From Ranitomeya imitator (lineage: Eukaryota): a DNA stretch of 64,000 nt. The position numbers and the translations under genes were made by a program. Location: NCBI RefSeq assembly GCF_032444005.1, contig NC_091288.1, positions 87,482,001 through 87,546,000 of the forward strand, written 5' to 3'. Shown here piece after piece: positions 38,272-50,925 of this stretch (positions are counted from its first letter, which is position 1; each line of letters opens with the position of its first letter). The notes under the pieces are model-generated. The model did no database searches, was not told the DNA's origin, and was given only the letters and a program-made list of their open reading frames with translations.

Positions 38272-39724
38272 CTAGAAAATAGTAAGATATTAACTGATTT
38301 GTGAAACAATGTTAAATATTGGTTTAAAAAAATAACCTAGACAAAATATAAAATCCTTAACCACAGTGAAATTTTACTGAATTTTCTAAGATAAAAAAAA
38401 ATCCAGAGACTGCACCAGTCTGTGTTTGATATTGCAGACACTATAGCTTTACTCTTTTACACCAAAAAAGGACAAGTTGGAACTTGGATTTTTTTCCCCG
38501 TTTTCCAGTACACGATATGTTAAAAACAACGGTGTCGTTCAAAGGTACAAGTTGTCCCGCAAAAAACAAGCCCTCACATGGCCATTTTGATGGAAAAATA
38601 AAAAGTTATGGCTCTGGGAAGAAGGGGAGCAAAAGACGAAAACTCAAAAACGGAAAATGGCCCAAAGGGTAAGGGGTTAAATCATGTCAGGCTAGTGTAC
38701 TGGAAGCAGGGATACCAGGAGAAAATGAAGTTACCGTATATTCTCCCTGCAGTCGGTTGCTTCCAGGCATTGGGGTGATGCAGGTAGCTGTTACATAGAA
38801 CACTTAGAAAATAGTCAAAAATAAAAATGGTTTAAATTTGTTACAATTGTGACATTACCTAGAACTTGATGTGTCTCAAAAATTGATGAAAATACATGAA
38901 GAAAGGCAACAGTAAAGGAATAACATTAAATATGTTATCCACTACTTTTACATTGATGGCCTATCCTTAGGATTGGTCATCAATGTCTGATCATCCAGGA
39001 TACGACACCTGGCAACCCCACCGGTCAGCTGTCATCGGTATCGGTGCCGGCCAAAGTACCCAAGTGCTGTACTATATAAAAATAGAGGACAACCTCTTTA
39101 AAGGAGTTCCAAGAATTTCTGTCAAGTACTTGTTGTGTATTGCATGTGATAATCTGCTGTGGTTCAGGGAGCTATTACAGTGATTTTAACAGCTCCCTGC
39201 ACCGCCCAATGACTGGAACTGAGCGCATGCAGGGAGAACATCGCTTCATTTTCTCCTTATAGCTGTGCTTTCAGTAAGCCATCCTAACACAATTTAAGGG
39301 CTATTTACCTGCAGATTAACAAACTCATTTTTAGAGATGACAAGTTCCCTATATCATATCTCAAATGTATTCTGTTGCTCTTGCTACATGCCAGATTTGC
39401 CTCTTTTGTCTGACTACACCATTTCCTGGTTGATTAAGTTTTAGACCAATTTTTACACCAACATGTAGGCAACTCAAAAACTTCAACTATCTAAAGGGAA
39501 ATAGACATTTATGGGCCAGTTAATGAGGACAATACAAGGAACCACAATGTATCCTTATTACTCCAGTGTATTCTGCACACATGCGCAGCTGTATTCATTA
39601 AAACAATGTTGGATAACAGCTTTTTCTTTCAATCCTTATACCCCATAAATAGCAGGATTTTTTTATGACTACACAGCTCAGTATATAAGAGTTTATCAGT
39701 ATAGAACAAAGAGTAAAATGTTAC

Positions 39725-40217
39725 CTTTTATAGCTTTCATCTAGATGTCTACACAAGGACTGGATATACCAGGAGCCGTGATTTGGATCCCTATAAGATA
39801 CACAATGCAAAGTGGTAGCCATTCCCAGGAGAAAATCTGGTTCACCAGGAATAAGATCCTCTGAAATATTGCTGCCATCTGAAGCATTGCAGGCATCTGT
39901 TTGTAGGGAGACTAGCTGCTGATGTTCTTTACCTTGACATGCCTGGATAAAGAACAATTTGGGCTTTCCGGTCAATGTAGAACATTGTGAGCTGCAGAAA
40001 CAAAATGTAAGATCTCTTATGGGCACACTTTTTCCATCTGTACCATAGATTATTCCTCTGTCCCCATGTGACAGAACACAACATATGAAGCAGTCACTAT
40101 TTTCATGGTTGGATGGTTCTTTGAATAAGTCGATGGTCTGAAGGATATCGTCTCCCTCCAAGTTTTTCTTTATATGGACTTTAAAACCCAGTTTGGAAAA
40201 TATAATGCGGAGAGATT
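39725..40217 (-). CDS. CASP8: Caspase-8-like exon 6, catalytic exon (LSHG, QACQG, LQTD|A linker site, YRDPNHGSWYIQSLC)
   Basis: ctttcttttgtag acceptor, gtaaca donor; 493 nt, phase 1 to 2; His codon 40066-40068, Cys codon 39937-39939. Confidence 0.96.
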
Positions 40218-41270
40218 CTACAAAAGAAAGAAGAATGTGTATATTAAGGGAACTGATCTTTGTCAGCTGTTAAGGGGGTAAAACATTATGACTGCAGTCA
40301 CTTTTGAGACTGACAGCTATGTTGATATCTATTGCGTGCAAAGTATGAAGAGAAGCTAGTGTTTTTCGAATTTGTGGAAAATTCAGGGGAAAAAAGGAAG
40401 TACAATTAATATAATAAGGTTTTCCTGAAACAGTCATCAGTTTCACCCTGATATGCATTGTCTTTGCAATTCAATAACAAAATAAAGAATAAACTCTGCA
40501 AATTTATTTCAGGTTTATCCTTTTACTGCCGCTGACCATTTAAGTCCACTTTCTGTCCCTGTAACCCCTTCACACATTTAAAGGAGGTCTCTACTATAAA
40601 CTTCTCTGGGGTTAGTCACATTAAAAAAAAAGACAAACCGATTGATTACACTTCCTTTTCCAGCAGAGCCACTCCTTAAATCTCCGCTGGACCCAAAGTG
40701 ATGACGTTACGACCACCATTAGCCTGACTTGCTGCAGGATCAAGACTAGTGGTTGGGACATCATCTCTTCCAGTCTGGTTGTGACTGTTGGAGCTGACGT
40801 TGTGAACCAGGGAACTTATTTGGTATCTCTATTTTTTTCCCATTTCTCCAGTCTGGCTTTCTCCTATACAATATAAAAGTATGGCAGGAAACAAACCCCT
40901 TTAAGAATCACTTGCTCTCACTGTGCAAGTAAGAAAGAAATCTGCACGTGGAGAGGATATAATGCAATAAGCTCTATTATTGGGATTGATCGATATGGAA
41001 AGCTGAGATATCAAAAAAAGAGGGCAGGTGAAAAACAGCTGAACTTACAAAAGTAGGACATAAGAATTCAGGGGCATCAGAAATAGGGGAGAAAGCTACT
41101 ACTAAGTATTTATTGTTTTATCTTCAGAAATATATTTAACAACTCAATTTAGGTTTTTGTTAATGTCTGGTATAATCCAGAAAATCCTTAACATGATCTT
41201 GTCACCACCCAAAATGCAAATACAGATACTTAAACATTAATATAGGCCTTTGTTTCTATAAAGCTTTTAG

Positions 41271-41550
41271 AAAACTGACCGTCACATCCAAACATAAACT
41301 AAGTGTGAACAGGAGCTTACCTAGAGTCACCAACTCATATACTCTCAAACAAAAAAGGCAGCACTCTGTAGCGCCATAGCATGCAAATATGAAATATGAA
41401 AATTGAATTCCATTACTGCACTAGAAATATGAAAAATGGAGCTAAGCTTTCTCAATTTGCTGCCTTTTTTGTTTGAGAGTATATGAGTTGATGACTCTAG
41501 GTCAGCACCTATTCACACTTAGTTTATGTTTGGATGTGACGGTCAGTTTT
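41271..41550. repeat. Fold-back element with arms of about 92 bp
   Basis: 41271-41362 is the reverse complement of 41458-41550; partial copy at 42520-42620. Confidence 0.75.
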
Positions 41551-41661
41551 TTTACATTTGCATTCATTAGCCTTCTGACTGACCACTCCGCCTTTTAGCC
41601 ACAGGTGTGTTTAATCCCAGCAGGACTCTACCCATTCACAGAGATATAGATTTCAGTCTAA

Positions 41662-42386
41662 GGGTACCGTCACATAGTTCCACTTTTGTCGCTACGATGG
41701 TACGATCCGTGACGTTCCAGCGATATCCATACGATATCGCTGTGTCTGACACGCAGCAGCGATCAGGGACCCTGCTGAGAATCGTACGTCGTAGCAGATC
41801 GTTTGGAACTTTCTTTCGTCGCTGGATCTCCCGCTGTCATCGCTGGATCGGTGTGTGTGACACCGATCCAGCGATGCGTTCGCTTGTAACCAGGGTAAAC
41901 ATCGGGTTACTAAGCGCAGGGCCGCGCTTAGTAACCTGATGTTTACCCTGGTTACCATCCTAAAAGTAAAAAAAAAGAAACGCTTCATACTTACCTTCGG
42001 CTGTCTGTCCCTGGCGCTGTGCTTTCCTGCACTCACTGTGAGCACAGCGGCCGGAAAGCAGAGCGGTGACGTCACCGCTCTGCTTTCCGGCCGCTGTGCT
42101 CACAACCAGAGCAGAGAAGCAGAGCGCCGGGGAGAGACAGCCGAAGGTAAGTATGAAGCGTTTGTTTTTTTTACTTTTAGGATGGTAACCAGGGTAAACA
42201 ACGGGTTACTAAGCGCGGCCCTGCGCTTAGTAACCCGATGTTTACCCTGGTTACCGGCATCGTTGGTCGCTGGAGAGCGGTCTGTGTGACAGCTCTCCAG
42301 CGACCACACAACGACTTACCAACGATCACGGCCAGGTCGTATCGCTGGTCGTGATCGTTGGTAAATCGTATAGTGTGACGGTACCC
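41662..42386. mobile_element. Harbinger-type palindromic MITE with a 70-nt hairpin inside each arm
   Basis: TAA TSDs; GGGTACCGTCACA TIRs; hairpins about 41886-41955 and 42184-42255; central palindrome with TGACGTCA at 42067-42074. Confidence 0.85.
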
Positions 42387-43329
42387 TAAGAGAGGATTCA
42401 CAGGTTCCCATACAGCTGAAGACTTTATTCTAAGAGAGGATTGGCATTGATAGGTCCTGGAAATGAGAAACGCCTTACCGTGGATTCCAGGTACACATGA
42501 ATTGGCCAAATTATGCGCTAAGCTTTCTCAATTTTTCTTATTTTTAGTGCAGTAATGCAATTTAATTTTCAGATTTGCATGCTATAGCGCCACAGAGTGC
42601 TGCCTTTTTTGTTTGAGTTTGTTTCTATAAAATCATACCAGTAATGTACATATTAATGTTGTATTTGCAAATTGCTAAAAGTTTACTTATTTCACATGCA
42701 AACGAGGACACTTTGGGGTAACCTTGGCATGACCACTGGACTCCATGCACCATTGAGCTCTCTATCTTGCATATCCAGCACTGTCTCTGATCCTTATTAA
42801 CACCAATCATTTACCAAGAGCAAGTTCTGCCTGAAGTCATATCCCTGTCCTGATACTTAAGGAGCCCAGTGGGGCACACTCAGCATTGGCCTGATCTCTG
42901 GCTCCTCGCTGAAGTTGCTTGCTTCCAGTCACGAACAGTGGCCACTGACTGGCAGGAGCCAGAGATCAAAGCGGATAGATGCTACACTGATGGTAACAAA
43001 AATACGGATGAAAATTGGATCCAGCATACTGATTAAAAAATGTTATTTTCTAAAATAAAAAAAAATCCATCCTAATCCACCTCTTCCCCAATACCATTTG
43101 TAGGAGAAGAATCAGGAGCCCTAGCGAACATTAGCTATTTTCTTTTCAGTATGCGTGCTTTTAGTCATCTCTTTAGTGACATGAATGAGATCAGATCATC
43201 TTTGACCTAGACTACTGCCTCTTTGTCTGTTGTTTCCTGACACTTTGTACCTCCCCAATTCTTGTTTCCCCTGTGTCTCTTCAGTCAGCTGCAAAAATTA
43301 ATACTAACTGACCAGGCTGTTCATTGTCT

Positions 43330-43640
43330 GTAATCCATTTCCTCCACACATCTCTGACCAAATCCCCACTACCTGTTCATCACACCAAAATCCCCAATTT
43401 TCTCCTTGTGGGTTTCCGATACTTAGGAACTTCCAAATGCTCCCAGCCTTTTGAAAGCTTTGAATAGGAAGCTTAAAACCCAACTTTTCATAAAAGCCAA
43501 ACAAGTAGAAAAACCCTGCAGCCAGTACACCACCAGTTGGGCTACTGTTGACATCACCTACTGCTTCTGTGCCCCTTGTAAGCCCTTGAGGGCAGGATCT
43601 TTCCTCATCTCTCTGCCACTCACGTTTATGGTACGCTTCT
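43330..43640 (+). mobile_element. Old L2-type LINE 3' fragment
   Basis: LKALNRKLKTQLFIKA resembles the L2 C-terminal FKxxLKTHLF; followed by TTGTAAGCCCTTGAGGGCAGG tail motif. Confidence 0.55.
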
Positions 43641-44904
43641 GTTTTATGATATTTACTGGAACACTGTTTCTTATGTGTGGTGCCATACAGGTACGGACTG
43701 GGGCTGAAATTCAGTCCTGGCATTTGAAATCAAACAGACATGTTGTCCCCGTCCCCAAGAACTAGATGGGATATATTACTAATATTACCCTGGATGGAGG
43801 AAAGCAAGATTACTACAAGACCAATATTTCTAATGATACCGGTGGCCTGCTTGGGTAAGTGACGGAGTCATCCACTTTCTGCTCCATCACAACTCTTAAC
43901 AGTATGGATGTCTTGAGAACGCGGATTATGTTAACAACGTAGCAGTCAAAGTGGCCCACAACCAGACAGGTCCTTCTGGCATTTGCCAGAATTGCCAGAT
44001 GGCCAGTCCAGCCCTGGTGCCATGGAATAAATGGCACATTAGGCTGTTTTTGGACTACCACGTCTCGAGACATCATAGATTGGCTAAAAACTGAACAACA
44101 AAACGTTTTCTATATTTGCAGCAAATGTTCATATAAATTACACAGTAGGTAACAAAAAAGAGATAGAAAATAGGGCACGGAATATAAAGGGGGGAAACAT
44201 GGCATTTGATAGGGGAGAAACAAAGCAAAAGAGGGGGAACAATGGAATATGAGGGGGAGACATGGAATGTGATGGGGAAACACATAGAATCTAATGGGGG
44301 AGAGACATTTGATGCAGGGAGAGACCTGGAATATGATGGAATAGAGACATATTCCCAAATTTCATGTCCCCCTCTCAAATTTTTGCCTCTGCACAAAAGA
44401 ACCATGCCTGGTCCTTCACTGCCATAACCCTGATACTCCCTTTGCAGCAGCCCTGATACTTATCAATGGATAAAATCACCGTCACGCTCCTGTCGCCGCT
44501 GCTTCACTGGCCACGTCGCTCCCATGGTCTACACATTAATTGCCCCCCTCCACCCTCCCAAATAATATTCAGCGGGGTCACACAGAACACTACTGCTCAC
44601 TTAGAAATGTGTGACCCTGCTCTGTCCACTTATATGGGATCAGTGGTTAAATGTGTGACTTCGCTCTGTCTACTTCTATGGGAGCAGTGGTGTAATGTGT
44701 GACCCCGCTTACTTTTCATATTTTACTTCATTAAAAATAAATTAATATTTGTAAGAAAATTAAAACATAATACTTAAAACATTTTCAATTGTTGTAGATA
44801 TTTTTTTTTTTATATGGCACCTTCCCTTTAAAGGGTTTTCCCACCATTGCTAGGAGTATGCCATCAGATACTAATAGGGTCTGACAGAGATCTTCCTAGA
44901 ATAA

Positions 44905-45086
44905 GGCCGGGGTCACACTTGCAAGTGCAATGCGTGTGTCTCTCGCCTCTATACCCGGCACTGCCGCCCGGAGCGTTCAGTTGCATGCATTTCTATGCAC
45001 CCGCATGCTCCGGTCCCGAGTGCCGACGGCAGTGCTGGGTATTTATGCGAGTTTCTCGCATTGTACTCGCAAGTGTGACCCCAGCA
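44905..45086. mobile_element. Short Harbinger-type MITE
   Basis: TAA TSDs; GGCCGGGGTCACACTTGC TIR. Confidence 0.7.
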
Positions 45087-45839
45087 TAAAGAGGACACAG
45101 CTCCAGTTTAAAATGTTTCAATACAACAAAGGATTCCCAATGAATAACCATGATGAGTCTGTCAGCAGATTTTCATATTTAATATGAGAGCAGTATAATA
45201 GAGAAGAGGAGAATCTAATTCCAAGGATGTGTCACCTGCTCAGTTGCCTGCTGCAATTTCAATACAATCAGTGTTTTATCAGCAGGAGATAATCATTAGA
45301 GGACTAGGAGTCATGTGCCATTCAGTCCAGCTAATAATCTGTGTAACCCCGCCCCAACCACAATGCTGACAATGTACAGTGTACACAGGAAGCTGCCAAT
45401 CAGTTATGCGGGTGAGATTACTACACAGAGCTCAGTATTCATCCCTGTGTGCTGGAGATGCACAGATGGCATGCTACTACATGGGATGTTACCAGGGCCA
45501 ATTTTAGGCAAAGTGGGGCCCAAAATGCTCGCATATTGAACCATCGCACAGAAACATTTTGATTGTATTGTATTTACATCCTGAGTTCAGAACGCTAAAT
45601 GAGCGTGATCAGCAATATTGAAGCCGTTTGACCCTCGTTTCCCGGCCTCTTTACAGCAGCTAATGAAGAATGATGGCAACAGAATGATCACTAGTAGACC
45701 AATTTGTCCCCATACAGTATCCTGTTATCAGCAGCACATCTGCAATTTTCACCAGGCAATGTGCTGCTGAGAACAATGATTTCTGTTCCAGCATAAACAA
45801 TCCAATCACTCCATGAGTAAGCAGCATTTTGCTTGTTTA

Positions 45840-46445
45840 GAATAATACTCCCCACAGTCCTCCATATAGTATAATGGCCCCACAGTCCTCCGTATAGTAT
45901 AATACACTCCTCATAGTCCTCCATGTAGTACAATGCACTCCCCATAGTATAAGGCATCCCATAGTTCTTAATTTAGTAAAATGCATTCCCCATAGTCCTC
46001 GATACAGTATAATGCAGGACTCATATAGTAAAATGCGCTGCCTGCATTCCGATAGAGTATAATGCAGCCACCCCATAGAATATAATGCAGCCACCTTATA
46101 GAGTATAATGCAGCCTTCCTCATATAGTATAATGCAGCCCCCCATAGAAGATAATGTAGCCCCCTCATAAGCATATAATGCAGCCCCTCTCAAATAGTAT
46201 AATGCACCCCTCATGCGAGTATAATGCAGCCCCAATCAGAACATAATGCAGACACCCCAAAGAATATAATGTGGCCCCCTCATATAGTATAATGCACCCC
46301 CTATAGAATATAATGTAGCCACTCAAAGAGTATAATGCACCCCCCTTAGAATATAATGTAGCCCCCCATAGAATATAATGTAGCCCCCGCATAAAGTATA
46401 GTCCAGCAATCCCCATAGAATATAATCCAGCCCCATAGTCCTACA
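45840..46445. repeat. About 25-bp minisatellite (AGAATATAATGCAGCCCCCCAT)
   Basis: about 24 diverged tandem copies. Confidence 0.85.
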
Positions 46446-47427
46446 GTATTATAGCAACCAGTACTCACTCACTAATATATTAAAAGCAAACCACCAAAAA
46501 AACACACACAATACTCACCTCTCCTCCTCGTTCTCCCGCTGCTTCAGGCTCAGCTCAGGTCTCAGCATCTGCACTACCCACTAGACAGCATGGTGCGTGA
46601 TAAAGTGACATCATCGCGCACCCGCTGTGTCAGAGGCTGAGGGGAATAATTATTTGTTTTCAACTTATTGCAAGAGAAAAAGGAAGGAGGGCACTCACCG
46701 GTCTGAAGCTTGACTTGACTTTATTAGAAATCCATTAAAATGTCATGGCCGGGAGAGTGAACAAGGAGGTCATGAGCAGTGTAACGACGATGGCCGTTTC
46801 GCTAACTCTCTGCGCTTCCACGGGTCTGTACGTACACAGGTTAAAGAGGTTTTCCCACGAATGAAAGTTCATTTTAAAAAATGTCTGTGTCTGACCGCAG
46901 GAGATCACAGTGGATCCATTTTGTCAGGTTAAATATTTCACTGACTGTTTATAAACAGTATTTGACCTCACAAAATGTATCCTCTGCGAACTCCTGATGT
47001 AATGTCAGTATTTTCTTCTGCTTCCTCCCCTGCCCAAGAGCTGTGGTGTGTTCTGTGCATCGTCAGACACAGACAATTTTTAATATGAGAGAGCACACAA
47101 GGGGGAGAGCACATGGGGTACACAGGTCAAAGATGAGATGACATGAGAGGAGAAGACAGCAGATGGGGGAGAGAGAAAGCACACAGGGGTGAGAGAGACA
47201 GCACAGGGGGAGAAAGCTCAAACGGGACAGCACATGAGGGGAGAACACAGCACAGGAAGGAGAGAGACAGCAGACAAGGGGGATAGCACATGGCGTAGAC
47301 AGGTCAAAGAAGAGAGCACAGACGGGAGAAGTCAGCACACGGGGAAAGAGAGAGTGGATAGGTGGGTGAGCACATGGGGAGAGATTCTCAATGCTACAAA
47401 GCCTGCCCCCATCGTGACATTACCGCC

Positions 47428-47461
47428 CTCCTGATGCGATAGCATCGGGCCGCCATCTAAG
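47428..47461 (+). mobile_element. Possible Helitron-like 3' end
   Basis: hairpin CTGATGC-GATA-GCATCGG followed 9 nt later by a CTAA/CTAG-like end; 5' end not located. Confidence 0.3.
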
Positions 47462-47831
47462 TCATAGTAATTGTATACACTAGAATTGATGCATTTATTT
47501 ACACAACTGCAAAAAGTAGTGTAAAGTTTTGTCCATATGAGTAGGTATTTCTTCCATTCAGAAACATGTTTGCAGCCAGGTCTTGTCTTACACATGGGTT
47601 ATTCACTTTATAAAGTAAGAAGTAAGTGTCCGTAGTAAACGGTTCTGGTCCCAGAGGAAATGAACTCCTGTAGTTGTTAAATTTACCACCAGGGGGCATA
47701 GCTTGTATGTGCAGAAGACGATGTCTACTCTTTATTCAAGGGAAATAGACTCAATGACCAGAAACTCACTAAACAATAGAAAGAAGTGAGTATTTACATT
47801 GGTGATAATCCTCTGCTCTGTTGTTTCTTAC

Positions 47832-47958
47832 CTTCATCTTTTTCGGTTCCTTTCCTGTCATTAAAGTATTGCTGTCCAGGATTTCTTCTTGCTTTACTGA
47901 AGTTTAAATTGCTTATAATAAGGCAAATCCCATGCATCTTATTTTCCATGTTGTATAA
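47832..47958 (-). CDS. CASP8: Caspase-8-like exon 5, start of large subunit (LYNMENKMHGICLIISNLNFSKARRNPGQQYFNDRKGTEKDE)
   Basis: gttttgtttcaccttag acceptor, gtaaga donor; 127 nt, phase 0 to 1; contains G-x-CLII-x-N and R-x-GT caspase motifs. Confidence 0.92.
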
Positions 47959-48596
47959 CTAAGGTGAAACAAAACATGCAGGTAAAAGAAGTGGGACGAT
48001 TACCTTGTACAGGACATCAAGCTTGAATATTTATATTAGCACAGTCGTTTTTTTTTCTCAATCGACTGTGATTTAAGACATCTTCCCGACAGTGGAAATG
48101 TGGTGAAGCCAGAGTCTGTGATGTTCCCTACACTCACAACAGACTGGTCCTACAGAAATGATCAGCTCCATCAATAAAACTGCTAAAGACAGGTAGTCAA
48201 ACACATGAGATTAAAGATGAACGCAACTGACAATTTTACCTATATTGAACAATGGTTTTGACCAACGACCGACTGATAGATAAACATTCATAGTCATTCC
48301 AAACACCAGGAGGTCATCTTGGAGTTTTTCAGTCAATGATCGGCCCTGCCTCCATCATTGGGTGAAAATAGTTAATTATTGTCTGTAGTAGTATGTGATG
48401 TATTTTGGGCTATCAACAAATGATCATTCATTGGCCCATTTTCATCTAATGTGTAATGGAGACTTAAATATAAGTCTAAATCTTGATGCACCCAAAATGC
48501 AGAAAGAAAACTTTAGGTTTGCTGTCTAAAAAACTGTGGTATCACTTATCTGTACCACTGGGACCATGCTGTATAAAAATAGATAGTGACCTTTAA

Positions 48597-49086
48597 AGAG
48601 AAACTAGCAGTATGATTTTGTAATGTAAAGTAAAGATATGGCTGTAATACTGATCACATTGATACCTTTGGTGGAGAAATTCACTTTGTGGTTCTTCTTT
48701 AATCACCATTTGAAGCTTTCTTCTACTTAGATTTCGGTGCACAGGGGCCGGACTGTGCACAGGGTCTTCTCCTCCCTGTGTGTGATTCCCCGGCGTCTTT
48801 GCCCCCATTCTGTGAATGACAGGTCACTGCTGAGATTTCATACAGAGGAAGCCGGTCATTCACAGACGGAGGGCCGGGGAACCATAGACGGAGAGGAGAA
48901 GACCCAGTGCTCAGTCCGGCCCATGTGCACCGAAATCTAATTAATTAACAGAAATCCTGAAATGGTGATTAAAGAAGATCAAAGTGAATTTATTCTCCAA
49001 CAGGTACAGACTTAATCTGTATTACAGCGATAGCACAGCCAAGTCTTTACTTTATATTACAAAGTTGTGCTGACTAGTTTAGTGTT
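48597..49086. mobile_element. Fold-back MITE (T2-like), arms of about 230 bp
   Basis: TTAA at the left end; arms reverse-complementary around about 48835. Confidence 0.7.
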
Positions 49087-49594
49087 ATATGTTCATAAAA
49101 TAATGAAATCACATCACCAAGAAAGTATAATAATCAAAAGTAATACAAATTATATCAGGTATATTGTTTTACATGTTTACCATATTAACATGCAGGGGAG
49201 AATGACATTATATGTATCCAGGGAAATTATCCGGCTGCCCCTGTTTGTTTGGAGGCAATTTTTTACCCTATGAGACAAAATTAGCTATAATATTTCAGAG
49301 AGCTTTGTTCTGACCTCCTCTGGACCGAACAGATAGACACGTCTCATCTTTAAACGTTATAATCCAAGAATAATTAATCTATAAACACTCTCTGGTCATT
49401 TACCCATATATAGCATTTCCTATGACAAATGTGTTTAGTCTTTGTTGCAGTCAACACTGACTACCTTTACCGTCATTTCCTTACTGGGAGTTGCCCAGTG
49501 GCCGCTCCCCCATGAAATATAAATTTTACTTTGGTTATGAAACATTTACTGGTGGTGACCTCTGATCTTCTGTATCAATGATTTACAGCACCTA

Positions 49595-50814
49595 CAGTCA
49601 TGGACAAAAGTCTTCGCACTCTTGAAATTGTTCCAGAAAATGAAGTATTTCTCCCAGAAACTTATTGCAATAACACATATTTTGTTATACAGGTTTATTT
49701 CGAGAACAAAAAAAGAGAAAAAACGCCAGCTCACCTAATGAAACACCGGTGCATGGAGGGCCATCCTGGTCAAACATGAATACATGGTAAAAACTGAAAA
49801 AAATTCACCTCCAGCTCCTGGGATAAAAATTTCCAAATTTCTTTATTCGAAAAAATATTAAAATTCCATTAAGGATTTTGGGACAAAAAAACATCAGACA
49901 GATGAAAGAGCGACGCGTTTCAATCAACACAGTAATCTTTATCAGAGCTTTGACAAAGATCACTGTGTTGATTGAAACGCGTCGCTCTTTCATCTGTCTG
50001 ATGTTTTTTGTCCCGGAATCCTTAATGGAATTTTAATATTTTTTCGAAAAAAGGAATTTGGAAATTTTTATCCCAGGAGCTGGAGGTGAATTTTTTCAGT
50101 TTTTAACAGGTTTATTTCCTTTGTGTTTTCGAATAACACAAAAAAATAGGAAAAAAAAGGCAAATTGGACATAATTTCACGCAAATCCCCCAAAATGGGC
50201 TTGCTGTGGTCTGCAGGTTGGACTTTCTTATTCTTAAAGATGCCTTTTTTTCTGTATAAAAGGTAAAAACTCTATCCACATAAAATCTCTGGAGATTTAT
50301 CTTAGGACATTTTCCAGTGTATATTTCTTTTTATCATATCTTGTTGCAATTTATTTTGAAACTACATTTATAAAAAAAAAAAGGTGGCATGGTGTATGTT
50401 AAATTTGGCACAAATCATTTCGGTAAACTGATTTGAAACAGGGACAAGAAAAAGCAATTCACACAAAACTCTTACCACATTTGCCAACAACAACATCACA
50501 TTTAAAGTGGAAGGACAAGCTGAATGTAAAGAAAAAAAGCGGTACACCCAATAAATACGTGGACTCTTCTTTGTTGGATATCAAAATGAATTAAAAAAAT
50601 GTTTGCAATGCAAAAGATTCATATGATTAATTTGGAAGTTTTGGGTTGTCATTATGATTTAAAAAGAGAAAACACAATAGCTTGACAATAAATGGCTTCA
50701 CCCAACCACGAACCATGAGTGGAGAAAAAGTTTTGGTGTTATCATTCATATTCTCTGAAAAATGGTCAAGAAAGCAAAAATTCTGTTGGGTATGTAAACT
50801 TTTGAGCACAACGG
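49595..50814. mobile_element. Two Tc1-type ends facing each other with no transposase between
   Basis: TA|CAGTCATGGACAAAAG and ACTTTTGAGCACAACGG|TA; left end interrupted by the 49702-50105 insertion. Confidence 0.5.
49702..50105. mobile_element. Palindromic retro-insertion (Penelope-like) with hammerhead-like motif at its axis
   Basis: 13-bp TSD ACAGGTTTATTTC (49689-49701, 50106-50118); arms of about 160 bp, no spacer; GAAACGCGTC on both strands. Confidence 0.8.
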
Positions 50815-50925
50815 TATATTCAGGAGAGATATTCAGGAGAGACAGTCATGAAGTAGGTGACTTCTTTGATAGATTGTAGTGCACAATGTTTGGCTCACAG
50901 CCTATTAGTGACACCCATACTATTA

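Noticed and set aside
43304-43723. 139-aa minus-strand ORF
   Set aside because: Antisense of an old L2 fragment; no domain motifs.
46775-46830. Hammerhead-like motif on the minus strand (CCGTGGA...GC GAAA CG..CGTC)
   Set aside because: Not called as a feature: core and helix I are too diverged and no TSD was found; mentioned only as a weak family member.
47832-47896. Apparent 65-nt caspase exon matching the human linker exon size
   Set aside because: It is the 3' half of the real 127-nt exon 5, read in another frame (RKGTEKDE).
48004-48149. AG...GT-bounded segment upstream of exon 5
   Set aside because: Stops in all three frames and not needed for the reading frame.
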